A DNA stretch of 64,000 nucleotides from an uncultured SAR86 cluster bacterium (GTDB taxonomy: Bacteria > Pseudomonadota > Gammaproteobacteria > Magnimaribacterales > D2472). This document shows, in pieces, positions 49,115-59,177 of the stretch (its first letter is position 1; each line of letters opens with the position of its first letter). The position numbers and the translations under genes are program-made. The notes under the pieces are model-generated. The model was not told the origin of the DNA and searched no databases. It saw only the letters and a program-made list of their open reading frames with translations. The stretch lies in contig CABXFE010000001.1 in NCBI GenBank assembly GCA_902511425.1, positions 18,476 to 82,475 on the forward strand, given 5' to 3'.

Positions 49115-50943
49115 CTTCCCTCCCATCCACACGTGCGTTCAGCATTTTGAATATCCAACCAATCTTTCAAAGGTTGATAATAGTTAAGCATTGATTTTCC
49201 ACTTAATTCCCTAGTCCCAGTTAGCGCCTCCAATGCAGTTTGCCACTCTTGACTTTGCCCTAATGCAAGCATGGCTCTTAATTTTTCTCCAGCAAGCTCA
49301 TTATCATATATCGAGCACTCATGCAGTGGTCCTTCAAACCCCATTTGATTACATAAAGATTCATGAAATTGATATTGAAGAATTTTTGCGAGGTAATATC
49401 TGGTGTAGGGAGTATTGCCAGGAATATGATATTTTGCACCAGGATCAAATGCATCGGAATCACGATCACGTGGCGCTCCAATGCCTTGATAAAACTCTCG
49501 TAATTCCCACCAAGAATTATTTAGTTCTTCTGGACTAGTCTCGCCTGTAAATACTTTTGCTCTCCATTTATCTAACATTAAAGTCCAGGGCACAGACACA
49601 ACCCCATCAAGCGCTTGCTGCATCAATAAAGAAATTGGATCTGAGTTTGCTTGCTTTGCTTGCTCCTCAGATACCATTTCTATTTTTTGCAGGTAGTTTG
49701 GAGTAATGGATAATGTTAATAAATCTCCAACAGCCTCATGAAAGCCATCATTTGCTCCGCTTTGAAATATGTCAGGTAGGTCGCTATAGGCTTGATAATA
49801 GAAAATGTGGCCTAGCTCATGATGGATTACAGAAAAGTCTTCCGCATTTCTTTCAATGCACATTTTAATTCTTAAATCATTTACATCTGAATTAAGATCC
49901 CATGCTGATGCGTGGCAGACAACATTTCGGTCTTGTGGTTTTATAAATAATGACCTTTCCCAAAAAGTATCTGATAAAGGCTCAAACCCGAGCGAAATAA
50001 AAAAGTTTTCTGCGATTTTAACCATTTCAATTTCATCGATGTCTTTTTCAATGAGTATGTTGGTTAAATTGATATCTGAGGAAGGCAAGCTACTTTCTGG
50101 TGTATAAACAAGGTCATATATATTTGACCAAGATTGTCCCCACATATTTCCAAGAACATGTGCAGGCAGGCTGCCAGTTTTAGCAACTATTTCTTCACCA
50201 TAATAATTTGAAAGTTCATCACGAACATGACAATGCAAAGCGTCATAGAGAGGCTTAAGTTCGTCCCAAACTCTGTCTGTTTCATCTAAAAATTCCTCTG
50301 CAGGCATATCGTATTGACTGAACCACAAATCAGTCAGTCCGTTATAACCCAGATCATTGGCTCCTTGATTCCCGATTTCAACCATTCTTAGATACATTTC
50401 TTTCATTGGCTTGCCAATATTTCTCCAGCCTTCCCAAGCTTTTAGCAACTCAGCTGGATCCCTAGAATTATCAATAATGGTCTCAAATGCCTCCAAGTCA
50501 TAACAATCATCATCTGCAAAGCAATGTTCTCCAGTTCCATACATAGCATCTAATTCAGCGCTTATTGCAGAGATTTCTCCAGCCAATTCATCATTTAATG
50601 GTGATGGCATGACAAACGAACTCTTAATAAGATTAAGTTTCCTTCGATTCTCTGCTGAAACCTCTACCCCATCAAAGGAAGATGCTTGTCGCGCGCGCTC
50701 CAGAGCAAGCAATTGGTATCTTTTGCCATAGTCTGCAACTACTTTCTGAGAATCATAAGTGATAAAATTAGCTCCTATCCAATAGGCAGAGCTTACAATG
50801 GGGCCAAGGGTTTTATCTTCAAGCTCAACCATTTGTAGAAATTCTTCTACATCGGATTCAGTTAGGGCATTCGGTTGCTCGCTTGAGCATGAGGAAAGCA
50901 CTAGGATAGAAAGAAAAATAGTAGATAATAAAAATTTATACAT
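49111..50943 (-). CDS. M2 family metallopeptidase (angiotensin-converting-enzyme-like peptidyl-dipeptidase), lipoprotein
   Basis: HHELGH zinc motif plus a downstream HEAVGD glutamate. Lipobox LVLSSC; 610 aa. Confidence 0.8.
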   Translation of the reverse strand: MYKFLLSTIFLSILVLSSCSSEQPNALTESDVEEFLQMVELEDKTLGPIVSSAYWIGANFITYDSQKVVADYGKRYQLLALERARQASSFDGVEVSAENRRKLNLIKSSFVMPSPLNDELAGEISAISAELDAMYGTGEHCFADDDCYDLEAFETIIDNSRDPAELLKAWEGWRNIGKPMKEMYLRMVEIGNQGANDLGYNGLTDLWFSQYDMPAEEFLDETDRVWDELKPLYDALHCHVRDELSNYYGEEIVAKTGSLPAHVLGNMWGQSWSNIYDLVYTPESSLPSSDINLTNILIEKDIDEIEMVKIAENFFISLGFEPLSDTFWERSLFIKPQDRNVVCHASAWDLNSDVNDLRIKMCIERNAEDFSVIHHELGHIFYYQAYSDLPDIFQSGANDGFHEAVGDLLTLSITPNYLQKIEMVSEEQAKQANSDPISLLMQQALDGVVSVPWTLMLDKWRAKVFTGETSPEELNNSWWELREFYQGIGAPRDRDSDAFDPGAKYHIPGNTPYTRYYLAKILQYQFHESLCNQMGFEGPLHECSIYDNELAGEKLRAMLALGQSQEWQTALEALTGTRELSGKSMLNYYQPLKDWLDIQNAERTCGWEGR

Positions 50944-50986
50944 TGTAAAGACCCCTTTTAATTACAATAAGAGAGTAAATCACACT

Positions 50987-51547
50987 ATGAAAATATCAAC
51001 AAGCCAATTTAAAAACGGTCTCAAGATTATTATCAATGGCCAACCTTGTTCAATTCTCGAGCATGAGTTTCATAAGCCTGGCAAGGGACAGGCAGTAATG
51101 AGAGTAAAATTTAGAAACTTAATCACTGGCAAAGTCATAGATAAAACATATAAATCAGGAGAATCTGTAGAAGAAGCAGATGTAATGACCGTTGAGATGA
51201 GCTATCTTTATTCAGATGGAGAACAATGGCATTTTATGAATTCTTCAACCTATGAGCAGATTGGAATTAATCGAGATGTCGTGGGCGATGCAAAGAAATG
51301 GATTATTGGTCAGGAAAATTGCGAGGTTGTCATTTGGAATGATGAGCCCATTTCAGTTGAAGCGCCTCCATTTGTTGAATTAAATATTGCAAAATCAGAT
51401 CCTGGTATTAAGGGAGACACTGTTTCTGGAGCAACAAAGCCCGCTGAACTAGAAACAGGGGTCACTATACAAGTTCCTCTATTTGTTGAAGAAGGAGAAA
51501 AAATTAAAGTGGATACAAGATCTGGCGAATATTCGGGGCGCGTATAA
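50987..51547 (+). CDS. efp: elongation factor P
   Basis: MKISTSQFKNGLKI...HKPGKGQA loop (Lys type); 186 aa. The track ORF start at 50798 is an antisense run-in over the peptidase gene. Confidence 0.92.
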   Translation: MKISTSQFKNGLKIIINGQPCSILEHEFHKPGKGQAVMRVKFRNLITGKVIDKTYKSGESVEEADVMTVEMSYLYSDGEQWHFMNSSTYEQIGINRDVVGDAKKWIIGQENCEVVIWNDEPISVEAPPFVELNIAKSDPGIKGDTVSGATKPAELETGVTIQVPLFVEEGEKIKVDTRSGEYSGRV

Positions 51548-51550
51548 ACT

Positions 51551-53281
51551 TTGTATAATCAAATTTTATCTACGTTGAATGATTTTATTGATAATGAGCT
51601 ATCTCTTCACGCCGATCAAAGAAAGGCGCTATTCAATAAGCATAAACTCAACCTAACAGATTCTCTGCAAAAGGGTCACTGGACAACCAATCTATGCTTG
51701 GTTGCATCTAATCTTGCAAAAAAAAATCCCCGTGACATAGCTTCAGCATTGATACCTAAGCTAGAAGGTCAGCCTGAAATTTCAAAAGTGGAATTAGCAG
51801 GTCCTGGTTTTATAAATATATTTTTAAATCGAGAAGCTTTTTTAAATCAACTAGATGGCGCCCACAACAACCCAAATTTTTTTGTTGATTCTACCCATGC
51901 GCCCAAAGAAAAAATACAGATAGAATTTGTTTCAGCAAATCCAACTGGTCCATTGCATGTTGGTCATGGTCGGGGCGCTGCATATGGGGACGCCATCGGT
52001 CGAATCTTGCAACGATTGGGTCATGATGTCTCCAGAGAATATTATGTTAATGATGCTGGAAGGCAGATTGATATTCTGGCATGCAGCATCTTTTTAAGAA
52101 GATTTGAGTGCTTTGATAATGATAATTTCCCTGGCTCTGCTTATAAAGGTTCATACATTATAGAAATTGCTCAAGGCATAGAAATTGATTCAACTTTTTC
52201 ACAAGCTGAAAAGGAGGCTTTAACGGCTGATCTTCCGTCTGACGATGAAGAAAAGATAGATGTGTTGATTGAGCGCATCAAAATGAATTATTCAAATAAT
52301 TGGTTATTAATAAGAGAGCACGGCTTGGACTATGTGATTAAATCTATTAAGGAGGACTTAACTGAATTTAAGGTTATTTTTGATAACTGGTTTTTTGAAT
52401 CCTCTCTTGGAAAACTTACAGACAAAGAATCAGAAATTTCTATGGCGCTCGATCAAGTTAAAAAAGATCACGCCTATGATAAAAATGGTGCTGTTTGGCT
52501 TGAGTCCACTAAATTTGGTGACGATAAAGATCGCGTTATCATCCGAGAGGATGGAAGGGGAACATATTTATCAGCTGATTTGGCGTATCACAGAAACAAA
52601 TTAGATAGAGGTTTTGATACCATTATTAATGTTTGGGGCTCAGATCATCATGGCTATATTAAAAGAATCGAAGCAACCATTGAAGCCATGGGCTATAGCA
52701 AAAAACAAATGCAAGTTCAGCTTGTTCAATTCGCCAACCTTTTTGACAATGGCTCAAAAGTTAAAATGTCTACCCGCAGTGGAAATTTTTATACACTCAA
52801 ACAATTAATTGATGATATTGGTCCAGATGCATCAAGATTCTATTACTTGTCAAAACAGGCAGATCAGCATCTTGATTTTGATATTGGAATTGCTAGATCT
52901 AATTCAAAAGATAATCTTTATTACTACGTCCAATATGCACACGCAAGAATCTGCTCTGTAGAGAAAAAATATTTTGAATCAGGTGGGTCATTACCAGATA
53001 AATTTAACGAAGATAATTTTGATGGTTGCGATGAGCTGCTTCAAATGGCTTTGAGTGCACAATTTGTTATTAAGGGCGCAGGGGAAAACCTACAGCCACA
53101 TCTTATTGTTTACTATCTTAGGGATATTTCACAAAGCTTCCATCAGTTTTATAACAGCGTAAATATCCTTAATGCTAAAGAATCAGAGCAAAATAACATT
53201 ATTCGATCGCTAATCATTGTGAAATCTGTTATTGCTTCCTCTTTAGAATTGTTGGGTATTGAGCCTTTAGACAGAATGTAA
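51551..53281 (+). CDS. argS: arginine--tRNA ligase
   Basis: Class I HIGH (PTGPLHVGHGRG), a KMSTRSG loop, and a C-terminal DALR domain. TTG start. Confidence 0.93.
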   Translation: MYNQILSTLNDFIDNELSLHADQRKALFNKHKLNLTDSLQKGHWTTNLCLVASNLAKKNPRDIASALIPKLEGQPEISKVELAGPGFINIFLNREAFLNQLDGAHNNPNFFVDSTHAPKEKIQIEFVSANPTGPLHVGHGRGAAYGDAIGRILQRLGHDVSREYYVNDAGRQIDILACSIFLRRFECFDNDNFPGSAYKGSYIIEIAQGIEIDSTFSQAEKEALTADLPSDDEEKIDVLIERIKMNYSNNWLLIREHGLDYVIKSIKEDLTEFKVIFDNWFFESSLGKLTDKESEISMALDQVKKDHAYDKNGAVWLESTKFGDDKDRVIIREDGRGTYLSADLAYHRNKLDRGFDTIINVWGSDHHGYIKRIEATIEAMGYSKKQMQVQLVQFANLFDNGSKVKMSTRSGNFYTLKQLIDDIGPDASRFYYLSKQADQHLDFDIGIARSNSKDNLYYYVQYAHARICSVEKKYFESGGSLPDKFNEDNFDGCDELLQMALSAQFVIKGAGENLQPHLIVYYLRDISQSFHQFYNSVNILNAKESEQNNIIRSLIIVKSVIASSLELLGIEPLDRM

Positions 53282-53286
53282 TTAAT

Positions 53287-53823
53287 GTGAAAGATTTTGC
53301 TAAAAAACATCCTATCAACAAATCAAAGGCAAAAAGAGTTAAAACTTCTTTACGGGCAAAGAGAGAGCTTAATCAACCGCTTAAAATAAAACACCTGCTT
53401 TTAATTGCTGCTATGAGTGCCCTTCTGTTATTTGCATCAAATATAATTTTGCAAACCGATGTTGTCAGTATTAGAGGCAATGTCAGCAATCCAAAGGTAG
53501 AATTCTTGTATCCAATAGAGTTAGCAAGGGATACGGTGCTGATTGAGCTAGAAGGAATAGTTGTTGAAGAAGATTGTGAGTATCTTGTCCAAATTGAATC
53601 CTATGGAAAAAGAGTATACGCACAGGAGCAGCTTAGCTCTCTGCTAGCTTTGGGCTTAGAATCTTACGTTGAAAAAACATTTAGCTCCAAGCAGCCAGAT
53701 AGACCATTATTTAGAGTTATGTCAGGACCATATTTTAATAAATCCGAAGTAAATAATGCTAGAGAGCTGCTCATGAAAAATGGTAGGCAGCCTCTTATAT
53801 ACAAAAAATGCACCAAGACATAG
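53287..53823 (+). CDS. SPOR domain-containing membrane protein (FtsN-like)
   Basis: Basic N-terminus, one TM helix, and a C-terminal SPOR-like domain (YLVQIESYG...FRVMSGPYFNKSEV). GTG start. Confidence 0.65.
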   Translation: MKDFAKKHPINKSKAKRVKTSLRAKRELNQPLKIKHLLLIAAMSALLLFASNIILQTDVVSIRGNVSNPKVEFLYPIELARDTVLIELEGIVVEEDCEYLVQIESYGKRVYAQEQLSSLLALGLESYVEKTFSSKQPDRPLFRVMSGPYFNKSEVNNARELLMKNGRQPLIYKKCTKT

Positions 53824-54494
53824 CAAAAAGACTAATAGATATTTCTAGCAAAATTCAAAAAGCTTGCCATCAAGCTAAGAGAGCTGAGGGTGAGATAAGG
53901 CTGGTTGCTGTTTCCAAATTGCAATCTGTTGATGTCATCAAAGAGGCTTATGCGCTTGGTATAAGTAATTTTGGAGAAAATTATGCACAAGAGCTAGCTG
54001 AAAAATCATCATCATGCCCCAATGATATTATTTGGCATTTTATTGGCCCCATCCAATCTAATAAGGTGAGCTTAATTGCAAAACATGCCCATTGGGTCCA
54101 CTCCATAGACAGAGAAAAAGTTGCAATGAAGTTAAATAAAGTCCTTGAATCTGAGGGCAAAAAAATTCATGCATTGATCCAAGTCAACATTGATCATGAG
54201 GAGTCTAAGTCAGGAATTTTGCCGGAGGAAACAATTGGTTTTGCGAATAAAATAATAACTCATTATCCAAACTTAATACTCGAAGGCTTAATGTTTATGC
54301 CAAAGATTAATGCCCCTAAAAAAGATAAAATAGAAACCATGAATAAAATAGTTCACTTACAAAAGTCTTTATTATCCGAACTCCCTAGTTGTACTCACAT
54401 GTCTCTAGGAACATCCGGTGACTTTGAAGAATCTATTCTCAAAGGGTCAACAATGTTAAGAATTGGTGAGAGCTTACTAGGCAAAAGATCATGA
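53808..54494 (+). CDS. yggS: YggS family PLP homeostasis protein
   Basis: LVAVSK PLP-lysine, FGENY, HFIG..Q.NK and LSMG-type (MSLGTSGD) motifs. Confidence 0.88.
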   Translation: MHQDIAKRLIDISSKIQKACHQAKRAEGEIRLVAVSKLQSVDVIKEAYALGISNFGENYAQELAEKSSSCPNDIIWHFIGPIQSNKVSLIAKHAHWVHSIDREKVAMKLNKVLESEGKKIHALIQVNIDHEESKSGILPEETIGFANKIITHYPNLILEGLMFMPKINAPKKDKIETMNKIVHLQKSLLSELPSCTHMSLGTSGDFEESILKGSTMLRIGESLLGKRS

Positions 54495-55276
54495 AAGTTT
54501 GTTTTCTAGGGTGCGGCAATATTGCACAAGCAATCATTGATGGTTTGTTAAAAAGTGGTATGCAGCCATCTCATATTTCATGCATCGAAAGAAATGAACA
54601 AAGAGTGAATTCTTTGAAGACTCAGGGTTTACAAATAATTGAATTGGAAAATATAGCCTCACTGGATTTTGATTTAATTGTGCTGGCTGTTAAACCTAAA
54701 GATGCTCTGGGTGCTGCAAAAAGTATTTTTAAGCATCTGCCAACGGCAATTATATTAAGTGTGGTTGCAGGGATTGGTATAGAAAAGTATTCTCAGCCTA
54801 AATCAATAATACGCGCAATGCCAAACACAGCATGTGCTTTTGAGAAGGGTGTTACAGCTATCTATGCTCTTGATCAGAATTCAAAGGCATTTCTTACAGC
54901 AAACAACCTATTTAGAAAAATTGGGCATGTTTTAACACTAAAAAAAGAAGATGAGATGCATAGATTTACTAGCATCATTGGAAGTGGCCAAGCTTTTCTA
55001 TTTCAAGTGCTCAATACTTATCTTGAAGAATTAAATAAAATATCTTCGGCCGATCATGTAGCCACTAAATTAATGTTTCAGGATTTTATTAGCAGCCTGA
55101 GTGACTCATTCTCTCAAGACTCAAATTTTGAAAGCTTGATAAATAAGATAAAATCTCCAGGAGGAACTACTCAGGCCGGTTTAGAATCTCTTCAAGATAA
55201 TAATCTTGATAAAATTTTGCAAGATGCTTTTCAGGCTGCCGAAGATAGATCTATTGAGATTAGTAATGAGCAATAA
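54491..55276 (+). CDS. proC: pyrroline-5-carboxylate reductase
   Basis: N-terminal GCGNIAQAI Rossmann motif, RAMPNT, and C-terminal SPGGTT. Confidence 0.9.
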   Translation: MKVCFLGCGNIAQAIIDGLLKSGMQPSHISCIERNEQRVNSLKTQGLQIIELENIASLDFDLIVLAVKPKDALGAAKSIFKHLPTAIILSVVAGIGIEKYSQPKSIIRAMPNTACAFEKGVTAIYALDQNSKAFLTANNLFRKIGHVLTLKKEDEMHRFTSIIGSGQAFLFQVLNTYLEELNKISSADHVATKLMFQDFISSLSDSFSQDSNFESLINKIKSPGGTTQAGLESLQDNNLDKILQDAFQAAEDRSIEISNEQ

Positions 55277-55296
55277 CAAACAAAACCTTAGAAAAC

Positions 55297-55812
55297 ATGA
55301 TTAGTGTTATAGCAATAGTTTTGGGCTTTGCAAGCTATGCATTTGTAATCCTCTCAGTGTTCCGGCTGCTTCGAGTTAACTATTTCAATCCAATAGTTAA
55401 AATATTTGCGACTTATCTTGAGCCAGTCTCAAAAAGCCTTTTCTTCTTTTTACCGCCTCTCTTTGCCGCAATTGCAGTTGCCCTGGTGCTCAAGTTTAGT
55501 TCTTTTTATCTGGCATACTCCTCTGGCTATGAAACTCTAACTCTCTTCTACATTTCTGTAATAGATGTTTTAAATTCAGGATTTAGGATTTTGTTTTATT
55601 GTGTTATCGGCTCAGTGGTACTTAGTTGGGTGGCTCCTGGAAATAATCATCCTTTGTTGCAAATTATTGAAGAAATTTCTGCAGGCATTTTGAGCCCTGT
55701 TAGAAAGTTTATGCCTCCCATGGGTGGCTTAGACTTTACTCCTATCATTGGATTGCTTGTATTAAATCTTATTAATTCCTCATTGGTACAAATCATTAGC
55801 TCTATGGTATGA
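55297..55812 (+). CDS. yggT: YggT family membrane protein
   Basis: 171 aa, 4 TM helices, in the position between proC and metX. Confidence 0.75.
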   Translation: MISVIAIVLGFASYAFVILSVFRLLRVNYFNPIVKIFATYLEPVSKSLFFFLPPLFAAIAVALVLKFSSFYLAYSSGYETLTLFYISVIDVLNSGFRILFYCVIGSVVLSWVAPGNNHPLLQIIEEISAGILSPVRKFMPPMGGLDFTPIIGLLVLNLINSSLVQIISSMV

Positions 55813-56909
55813 AAATAGTATCTGAGAAAATATCTTTTAAAGACTCTTTGGCGCTGCAATCTGGAGATGTTCTGTCTGGTTTTGAGCTTATGACAGAAAC
55901 ATATGGAGAGCTTAATTCAGACAAGACTAATGCTGTCTTAGTCTGCCATGCCTTCTCTGGCAATCATCATGCTGCCGGCATTAAAGATGGAGAAAAAAAG
56001 CCAGGTTGGTGGGATGAAATTATTGGAGATGGCAAAACAATTGATACAAAAAAATTTTTTGTTGTCTCTCTAAATAATCTTGGCGGCTGTCATGGCTCTT
56101 CTGGACCTACTTCTGTGGCTGTCCATTCTGGTCAGCCTTATGGTGCAAGTTTTCCTGAAGTGTCGGTAAGAGATTGGGTTGAAACCCAAAAACTACTGGC
56201 TGATCATTTTGGGATTGATTGCTGGGAAATGGTTGCTGGGGGAAGCTTAGGTGGAATGCAAGCGCTTCAATGGGCAGTCTCGTACCCTTCAAGAATTAAA
56301 AAAGCTGCAATTATTGCTGCCTCTTCAAAAATAAGCACACAAAATATTGCATTAAATGAAGTGGCCAGAGAAATAATTAAAAAGGATGAAAGTTTTCATA
56401 ACGGTGATTACCTCGCTAAAGGTGAATCGCCTAAGAAGGGGTTGAAGGCTGCAAGGATGCTTGGTCATATAACTTATTTGTCTGAATCTAATATGAGCAA
56501 AAGGTTTGGCAGGAAACTGCAAGACCCAGAAAATAAAATGGATGCAGACGTAAACTATGAAGTAGAAAACTATCTTCAATACAAAGGTGAGCAATTTGCT
56601 AAAACCTTCGATGCGAACAGCTATATTCTAATGACCAAAGCCATGGATAGCTTTGATCCAGCAAAAGGTTTTGATAATGATTTAGTAGCATGCCTTCAAA
56701 ATGCCCAAGCTAAATTACTGATTGCATCTTTTGATTCAGATTGGCTGTTCCCAAAAGAATATGGATTAGACATTCAAATGTCTGCCATTAAGGCGGGCAT
56801 CAATAGTACCTATATAGAGCTAGAGGGTGATTATGGTCATGACAGCTTTCTCTTTCATTCTGACAGATATTCTGCTGCGCTAAAAAACTTTTTAAATTCA
56901 AATGAATAA
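55809..56909 (+). CDS. metX: homoserine O-acyltransferase (MetX)
   Basis: CHAFSGNHH, GGSLGGMQ nucleophile, and a C-terminal GHDSFL. Confidence 0.9.
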   Translation: MKIVSEKISFKDSLALQSGDVLSGFELMTETYGELNSDKTNAVLVCHAFSGNHHAAGIKDGEKKPGWWDEIIGDGKTIDTKKFFVVSLNNLGGCHGSSGPTSVAVHSGQPYGASFPEVSVRDWVETQKLLADHFGIDCWEMVAGGSLGGMQALQWAVSYPSRIKKAAIIAASSKISTQNIALNEVAREIIKKDESFHNGDYLAKGESPKKGLKAARMLGHITYLSESNMSKRFGRKLQDPENKMDADVNYEVENYLQYKGEQFAKTFDANSYILMTKAMDSFDPAKGFDNDLVACLQNAQAKLLIASFDSDWLFPKEYGLDIQMSAIKAGINSTYIELEGDYGHDSFLFHSDRYSAALKNFLNSNE

Positions 56910-57489
56910 TCAACTTCAATCAATTGTCCTAGATTGGATTCCGAATCAGTCAAAAGTGGTAGATTTTGGTTGTGGGGATGGAACTCTCCTTAAAATATTG
57001 GCCGAAAAAAAATCTGCAATCGGTTATGGGGTCGAGATTGACGGAGAAAAAATTAATGCGTGTATCACTAACGGTGTCTCAGTGATCCAACAAGATATTG
57101 ACGCTGGCATCCAAAATTATAAGGACATGGGTTTTGATGTTGCTATTATGGCTAGCTCCATCCAATGCCTAAGACGACCAAAAAATGCGATGAAAAATAT
57201 CTTAAAGGTTGCAAATGAGTGTGTAATTACTTTACCTAATTTTGGAAACTGGGAACTCAGACTGGGTTTGTTAAAAGGCAAAATGCCCTCCTCGGCTCAA
57301 CTTCCCGCTAAATGGTATGAAACAAAAAATCTTCATCTTTGTACAATTGCAGATTTTGAAGACTTGTGTGCAGAAGAATCTTTTAATATTAAAAAGAAGG
57401 TGTATTTAAATAGTCGAGGTAGTTCTTCATGGCTGGCTAACACTTTCCCTAACTTATTTGCTGCTGAGGCAGTTTATCTAATTGGCTGA
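56902..57489 (+). CDS. metW: methionine biosynthesis protein MetW
   Basis: DFGCGDG SAM-fold motif; 195 aa. Overlaps the metX stop. Confidence 0.88.
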   Translation: MNNQLQSIVLDWIPNQSKVVDFGCGDGTLLKILAEKKSAIGYGVEIDGEKINACITNGVSVIQQDIDAGIQNYKDMGFDVAIMASSIQCLRRPKNAMKNILKVANECVITLPNFGNWELRLGLLKGKMPSSAQLPAKWYETKNLHLCTIADFEDLCAEESFNIKKKVYLNSRGSSSWLANTFPNLFAAEAVYLIG

Positions 57490-58087
57490 TAAATCAACCA
57501 TTGTTGTTGCAACTAATAATCCAGGCAAATTAAAAGAATTTGCTCTGCTGCTGCCCAACTTTAAAATAATTCCACAAACCTCTTTAAACATTTCACCAGA
57601 AGAGGAGCTCGGTGAGACGTTCTTTGAAAACAGCCTCCAAAAAGCTCGAGTGGCAAATAACGCCTCTGGCATGATATCGCTGGGAGATGATTCAGGCTTG
57701 ATAGTACCAGCCTTAAATAATTTACCAGGATTACGCTCCGCCAGGTATGCACATGAAAACGCAACAGACGAGGAAAATAGGCAACATCTACGAAAAGAAC
57801 TTGAAGCATTAGATTTAAATGAAACCAAGGCATACTTTGTATGTGTTTTAGTTTTAGTTCAGGTTTCTGCAGACCCATACCCTTTGATCGCAACAGGGAT
57901 GTTAGAGGGCTCTGTAAAAACAACAATGCAAGGAGCCAATGGTTTTGGTTATGACCCCATGTTCTATCCCAAGGAAAGCAATTTATCTTTGGGAGAAATG
58001 AATGCAGATGACAAAGCCTTGCTTAGCCATAGAGGAAAAGCTATCCAAGTGTTAAAAAGAAAAATTGAAGGGTTTGCTTCTGAATAA
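57482..58087 (+). CDS. rdgB: dITP/XTP pyrophosphatase (RdgB/HAM1)
   Basis: ATNNPGKL.EF, DDSGL and GFGYDP.F motifs. TTG start overlapping the metW stop. Confidence 0.88.
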   Translation: MADKSTIVVATNNPGKLKEFALLLPNFKIIPQTSLNISPEEELGETFFENSLQKARVANNASGMISLGDDSGLIVPALNNLPGLRSARYAHENATDEENRQHLRKELEALDLNETKAYFVCVLVLVQVSADPYPLIATGMLEGSVKTTMQGANGFGYDPMFYPKESNLSLGEMNADDKALLSHRGKAIQVLKRKIEGFASE

Positions 58088-59177
58088 CACACCTCTCAGT
58101 CTTTATGTTCATCTGCCTTGGTGTGAAACACAATGCCCCTATTGCGATTTTTCTATAACCACTGATCCTGTAGATGGCAATGATGCAAGGCTAGCAGAAG
58201 CAATCATCAAAGACATTAAACATTCCAGTGATTTAATAGCTGATAGAAAATTTAGAAGTATTTATTTTGGTGGTGGAACTCCCTCACTTGCTTCTACCCA
58301 ATCAATCAAACAGATATTAGACTCTGTGAGAGATAGACTGACGCCCTCTGAAACTGAAATAACTATAGAGATGAATCCAAACGATGTGTCTGAAAAAAAA
58401 GTTGAGGAGTTATTGAGAGCGGGTATCAATCGAGTATCGCTGGGTATCCAAAGTTATATTGATCAAGAGTTGCAAGCTTTGGGACGCAACCATGATCGTA
58501 AGTCTGCGATTCAAGCCACCAATATACTTAAAGACATCAATTCAACCATTGATTTAATCTATGGCATTGAAAAGCAAACGCCTGAATCGTTTAATGAAAA
58601 CTTAGAAACAATTATCGATTCAAATGTAAATCACTTGTCTTTGTATCAATTAACAATTGAGCCAAATACTATTTTTTATAAAAAAGAGCTTTTACTGCCT
58701 CATGAAGAGGCAATTGAGGAAATGGAAGTCATTGCAAAAGATCTTCTTGAAAAAAATGGTTTTGAGCAATATGAGGTTTCCTCATGGTCTAAACCAGGAT
58801 TTGAAAGCAACCATAATTTAAATTATTGGCAGTTTGGTGATTTTTTAGGTGTGGGACCAGGGTCACATAGCAAAATATCAAATCAGCAAGAAATTATCAG
58901 ATATAGGAAAATAAAACCCCTAGAGGGTTACATTCAAAATCAAAAGTCGGCTGACTTAAAAACGATTGCAGGCAATGAACTTGATATAGATCTTGCAATG
59001 AATCTACTAAGAATTAAAAATGGTTTGCAACAACAAGACTTAACAATCGATCTACCAGAAAGTTTTTTAAAAAAATATCAAAGAGGCGTTGATGAAGGCT
59101 TGCTGTTAAAAGATAAGATTGGGGCCAGTCAAAAGGGATATCAATTCCTCAATGAGACTATTCAACTATTTTTTTAG
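58065..59177 (+). CDS. hemW: radical SAM heme chaperone HemW
   Basis: YVHLPWCETQCPYCDF CxxxCxxC motif. The start is uncertain (TTG 58065 or TTG 58074). Confidence 0.88.
   Translation: MKGLLLNNTPLSLYVHLPWCETQCPYCDFSITTDPVDGNDARLAEAIIKDIKHSSDLIADRKFRSIYFGGGTPSLASTQSIKQILDSVRDRLTPSETEITIEMNPNDVSEKKVEELLRAGINRVSLGIQSYIDQELQALGRNHDRKSAIQATNILKDINSTIDLIYGIEKQTPESFNENLETIIDSNVNHLSLYQLTIEPNTIFYKKELLLPHEEAIEEMEVIAKDLLEKNGFEQYEVSSWSKPGFESNHNLNYWQFGDFLGVGPGSHSKISNQQEIIRYRKIKPLEGYIQNQKSADLKTIAGNELDIDLAMNLLRIKNGLQQQDLTIDLPESFLKKYQRGVDEGLLLKDKIGASQKGYQFLNETIQLFF

Noticed and set aside
50798-50986. N-terminal extensions in track ORFs (50798-50986 for efp; also 2092-2160, 39729-39800, 28289-28360, 63342-63449, 9994-10044)
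   Set aside because: The extensions overlap the neighbouring gene, lack family homology, and an internal ATG with better context matches the known N-terminus of each family.
7759-57926. Long antisense ORFs of 100-121 aa inside well-supported genes (7759-8118, 13729-14079, 31986-32300, 43027-43329, 45127-45456, 49233-49538, 57478-57828, 57561-57926)
   Set aside because: Each lies wholly within a gene with strong motif support on the other strand. Their translations are Ser/Leu/Pro-rich with no recognisable domains, and they lack SD or start context. They look like shadows of locally less AT-rich coding sequence. I could not test conservation.
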